Shown: positions 60,119 through 64,000 of the stretch, one piece after another
How the letters are laid out: each line of letters begins with the position of its first letter
Numbering within the stretch: the stretch's first letter is position 1
Assembly: GCA_964016885.1 (NCBI GenBank)
Contig: OZ024743.1
Coordinates: 278,318,001-278,382,000, forward strand
Direction: 5' to 3'
From: Eledone cirrhosa
Lineage: Eukaryota
Length of the DNA: 64,000 bases
The notes under the pieces: model-generated
The model's input: the letters and a program-made list of their open reading frames with translations, nothing else
The model's database searches: none
Told to the model about the DNA's origin: nothing
Program-made: the position numbers and the translations under genes

Positions 60119-61053
60119 CGAAGGAAATGTGGTAAGGAACCAGGTGGACCATAACGCACCAAAGTACTCAATACTTAGGGTAGTAGAGTGGGTAATAGGA
60201 ACAAGTAGGACCCCGACGGCTAATTCTGTACTGAATGAAAAATTAATTCTGGTATTTAAATAGCCGAACTTATCAAGGGGTAATTCCATATATGGTCAAA
60301 GAGATAATCACCAGGATTGGTCACATCACAAGTTAGTAGTAAATCTGTGATGGCAAGTTGGTGGGGGAAGGGGTAGCTAAACTTGCCAGTAGGAGAAAAG
60401 GGGAGAGGGGTGGAGTAGACCCATTCATGCGTTGGTAGTGCCAGCTACAGCTGGGTGTGAGGTCAAAGAGGATACTGGGGAGGGGGAGGGGGAGGAGGTC
60501 GAAACGGTAAGTAGAACAATGAAAGGTAAAGCTGTAAAAGGTACTGAGAGAGAAAAAAAATATAAGCAAAATCTGGTTACTAAGACTTAAGTCTCTCGCT
60601 ATTGCTAGGCTGAAGAAATACATAAATAAATAAATAAACAAATAAGTGAATAAAAGAATAGATAAATAAATTTTAAAAAAAATATATATATATATATAAT
60701 GGAGAATAAAAAAATAGTTGATAATAATAGAACAAAAATAGGTGGGACGGAAATAAAGGGACCCTTATACGAGGTATAAGTGCGTGTATCGTACGGTGAC
60801 GGGTCAACAAAAGGGGGGCCAGAATACTAAAGAGACTACCACGAACATAATAAAGGTTTCTACCCCAAACACAGGGCCTGCAACCACCCAGTGCAAGAAA
60901 GTAAACTAGTACGAGAATATAATTCAGGGTCCCGCAAACAAATACTGGTGCTAACTCTAAGGGTACCGCCACGAAACAAAAGGTCTTATACAAGCTACAT
61001 GAAAGATCGTACGAAGTAAAAGTAAAGAACGGAAAATTAATACAGGAACACTC

Positions 61054-61088
<35 letters not shown>

Positions 61089-61495
61089 AAAAGGGAAAAA
61101 GAAAAAAACAGATACTGGATAAACGAGAAATTAAAGCAAAGAAGCCACTAAGAAATATAGAAGGCACGGAAAAAGGGGACAACGGTCGGAGAAGGGGGCG
61201 AGTATCCGAAGTCTAACACCTCTGCTATAAAAAGCGGAGTCAGCCACATCTATCATAGAATAGGGGAGGAGGTGGGGGTGCTGAAGCTACAAGGGACCGA
61301 TGGGCTACCTTGGGTGGGCGAGAAAGAGACGACGACAAAGAAAGGGAACTGGGGTAGAAGGACTAGGGAGGGATGGGGGGAAAGGAGGAAATATAGAGGA
61401 AGCGATAAAAGAATGTAAAAGAAGATCTTACGTCTCCATAGGCAAGCAGGGGTTACCCATTACAAAATAGGCAAGTGGGGTGTTGTAACCCTAGG

Positions 61496-62130
61496 CTACC
61501 CCCCCCCCCCCCCCCCCGGGTCATTATGGGGTTTGAGGGCGAGGTAAGTCCTACGTAATCGGTGTTTACATGCAGTAACCAGTTCATCTTTCTTGTTTAG
61601 GAGTTGGTCCGTCGAAAACAACATTTGTAATGTTTCCTCCGAGCATAAATTGCACGGACGGCGTCCTCCCGTGTAAGAGTTGGCTCTGGACAGTAATTTC
61701 CAAGTGAGATCATAGTTGATGTTGTTGTCCTTGAGGTCCCATATATGGCCCGAAAGTGTAGTGGCGTGACGCCGGGCCGGGTTTCGGAGGGTATGTCTGT
61801 GTTGGTATAGCCGGGTCTTGAAGTCGCATGCGGTTAATCCTATATAAGCTTTGTTGGAGGTGTCCGTGCTCACGTTGCACTGGTAGATCACATTACGGTC
61901 TCTGCATCTGTTGTCGAGGGGGCAACTGGATCTATCAGGACAGTTGCACCTCCTGGTCGGCTCTCCACTGCTATTTAGGTTGTTTCTTCCATTGGGGTTG
62001 AGTTTTTTGTTGTTGGAGGAGACGATGTTTTGTGAGAAGTTAGGTGTAGTGCTGTAAGAGAGTTTGATGGTATTTTTGTTAATTATGTTGTGGTAGCGGT
62101 GTTGTGGTGGGAAATGTTTTTCAAAAGAAA
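61496..62130 (-). CDS. Penelope linker plus GIY-YIG endonuclease, 5'-truncated
   Basis: EKHFP..HRYH.I.NKNTIKLSYS...CNCPDRSSCPLDNRC..VIYQC..YIGLT..FKTRLYQH..TTLS..CNLCSEE..LLNKKDEL..CKHR. Confidence 0.9.
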
Positions 62131-62433
62131 ATTTTAACCAGATTTTGCTTATATTTTTTTTCTCTCTCAGTACCTTTTACAGCTTTACCTTTCATTGTTC
62201 TACTTACCGTTTCGACCTCCTCCTCCTCCCCCTCCCCAGTATCCTCTTTGACCTCACACCCAGCTGTAGCTGGCACTACCAACGCATGAATGGGTCTACT
62301 CCACCCCCTCTCCCCTTTTCTCCTACTGGCAAGTTTAACTACCCCTTCCCCCACCAACTTGCCATCACAGATTTACTACTAACTTGTGATGTGACCAATC
62401 CTGGTGATTATCTCTTTGACCATATATGGAATT

Positions 62434-62528
62434 ACCCCTTGATAAGTTCGGCTATTTAAATACCAGAATTAATTTTTCATTCAGTACAGAATTAGCCGTC
62501 GAGACGGCTTGAGCTCAGCCGTCGGGGT
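62434..62528 (+). ncRNA. Type I hammerhead motif, U3-A8 core, long loop II
   Basis: acccc-TTGATAA-gttcggcta...tagccgtc-GAGA (GAAA in most siblings)-cggcttgagctcagccg-TC-ggggt. Confidence 0.72.
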
Positions 62529-62538
62529 CCTACTTGTT

Positions 62539-62883
<345 letters not shown>

Positions 62884-63882
62884 CAAAACAGACAAATAAT
62901 AGTAAGCATAAAAAGAATATAAGAAAAATTGGAGAAATGTTTGAGGTAGGCAATATAAATTTTCTGCTTGTCAGAGGCTGGACTTCAATCCCACATAATA
63001 TCACACAATAGGGCATTTCCTTCTGACTACAAAGCACACCAACCAGTTCAACCTAATCAATGCTACATATGCCACGAGATCTGCAAATCCGAAGGATGTC
63101 TAAAGAAATAATTCAAAGTTCATCAAGATCAGACAATGCAGGCAGTTCAAGCTGCGCCAAAACTAATATGTAATTCATGTGGACGGCGTTCTAAAGTTTT
63201 GACTTGTCTAAAAAGCGACATAAGATATCACGTCAGAACAGCGCATCATAAATTAGAGTTGGTCAGACATTGTACTGAGTAGATAACCAGTATTTATATA
63301 TAAATTCTTGTCTAGTATATACGAAGTAATATTTTGTTGTCATCAAAATATTTTCCTAAGTAACCCATGCATGCACCACAACAAATCCCAGGGATTTGCA
63401 TTCACTCCAAACCTTAAAGCAACTGTTTTGTTGAAGAGGTGTTCTTTACCCTCAGCTTTGGTCTTCCATTTGCCATATATACAATGAAGTATTTCCTACC
63501 CTGCTTTGCAGATCCCTTTCAGGTAGAACATCTATTAATTTACAATGCCACTACACAGGTGTTTCATATAACCCTCCCCATGTTCCACTCAAGTTTCGTA
63601 AGTACTCTATATATCAGGATTTTCCTTTTATGTGCCCAAAGCAACTCCAACTTAACAATCAGGGATTTTTTCGTCAAGTCAGATCATATGATCCACTCAA
63701 CATCCTGATTCGTTATTGCGAAACAGCTTAAAAACGTGAGAACTTTCTTCAAATATACTTTCACGGCCTAGTTGATAACACAATGATGACATCTGCTTTG
63801 TCTTTCCTGATATATATATTTTTTTTGTAAAACTACAGGGAACAATTAGCATTGACACAATAGCATTATTATTTTAGTATAA

Positions 63883-64000
63883 AGGGCGGTGAATTGGCAG
63901 TATCGGTAGAGGGTTGGACGTCATGCTTTCTAGCATAGTTACGTCCCTTTACGGTCTGAGTTCAAATCCCGTCGAGGTTAACTTTGCCTTTCATCCTTAC
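63883..64000 (+). mobile_element. SINE S1 5' part (cut by window edge)
   Basis: tggcagtatcgg A box, gttcaaatcc B box, gcctttcatcctt. Confidence 0.87.

Larger units (their letters stand above)
60117..62541 (-). mobile_element. 5'-truncated Penelope-like (Neptune-type) element, parent type of family C
   Basis: GIY-YIG ORF; arms ~60197-60579 / 62135-62541; tail 60117-60196; TA flanks. Confidence 0.92.

Noticed and set aside
63340-63810. Possible decayed retroelement coding sequence
   Set aside because: Only a few residues resemble known motifs; no assignable frame

Overview
Eukaryotic, AT-rich, repeat-dominated DNA with no intact host gene. The (TA)n/(CA)n/(TAG)n/(GA)n load and SINE content look like an octopus (cephalopod) genome; this assignment is inference. 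Almost all ORF-track entries are microsatellite artefacts. Real content: (1) three 5'-truncated Penelope-like (Neptune-type) retroelements with GIY-YIG endonuclease remnants, two carrying inverted arms; (2) more than 20 short Penelope-type end fragments from several distinct families embedded in (TA)n, many as asymmetric fold-back palindromes carrying whole or partial type I hammerhead ribozyme motifs, several with non-canonical cores; (3) a near full-length Tx1/L1-type LINE and a truncated relative, chained head-to-tail with SINEs through (ATT)n, the SINE 3' end resembling the LINE 3' end; (4) decayed RTE fragments and several tRNA-headed SINE families; (5) a probable RPS10 retrocopy fragment. 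Coordinates and alignments were read by eye and may be off by a few bases.
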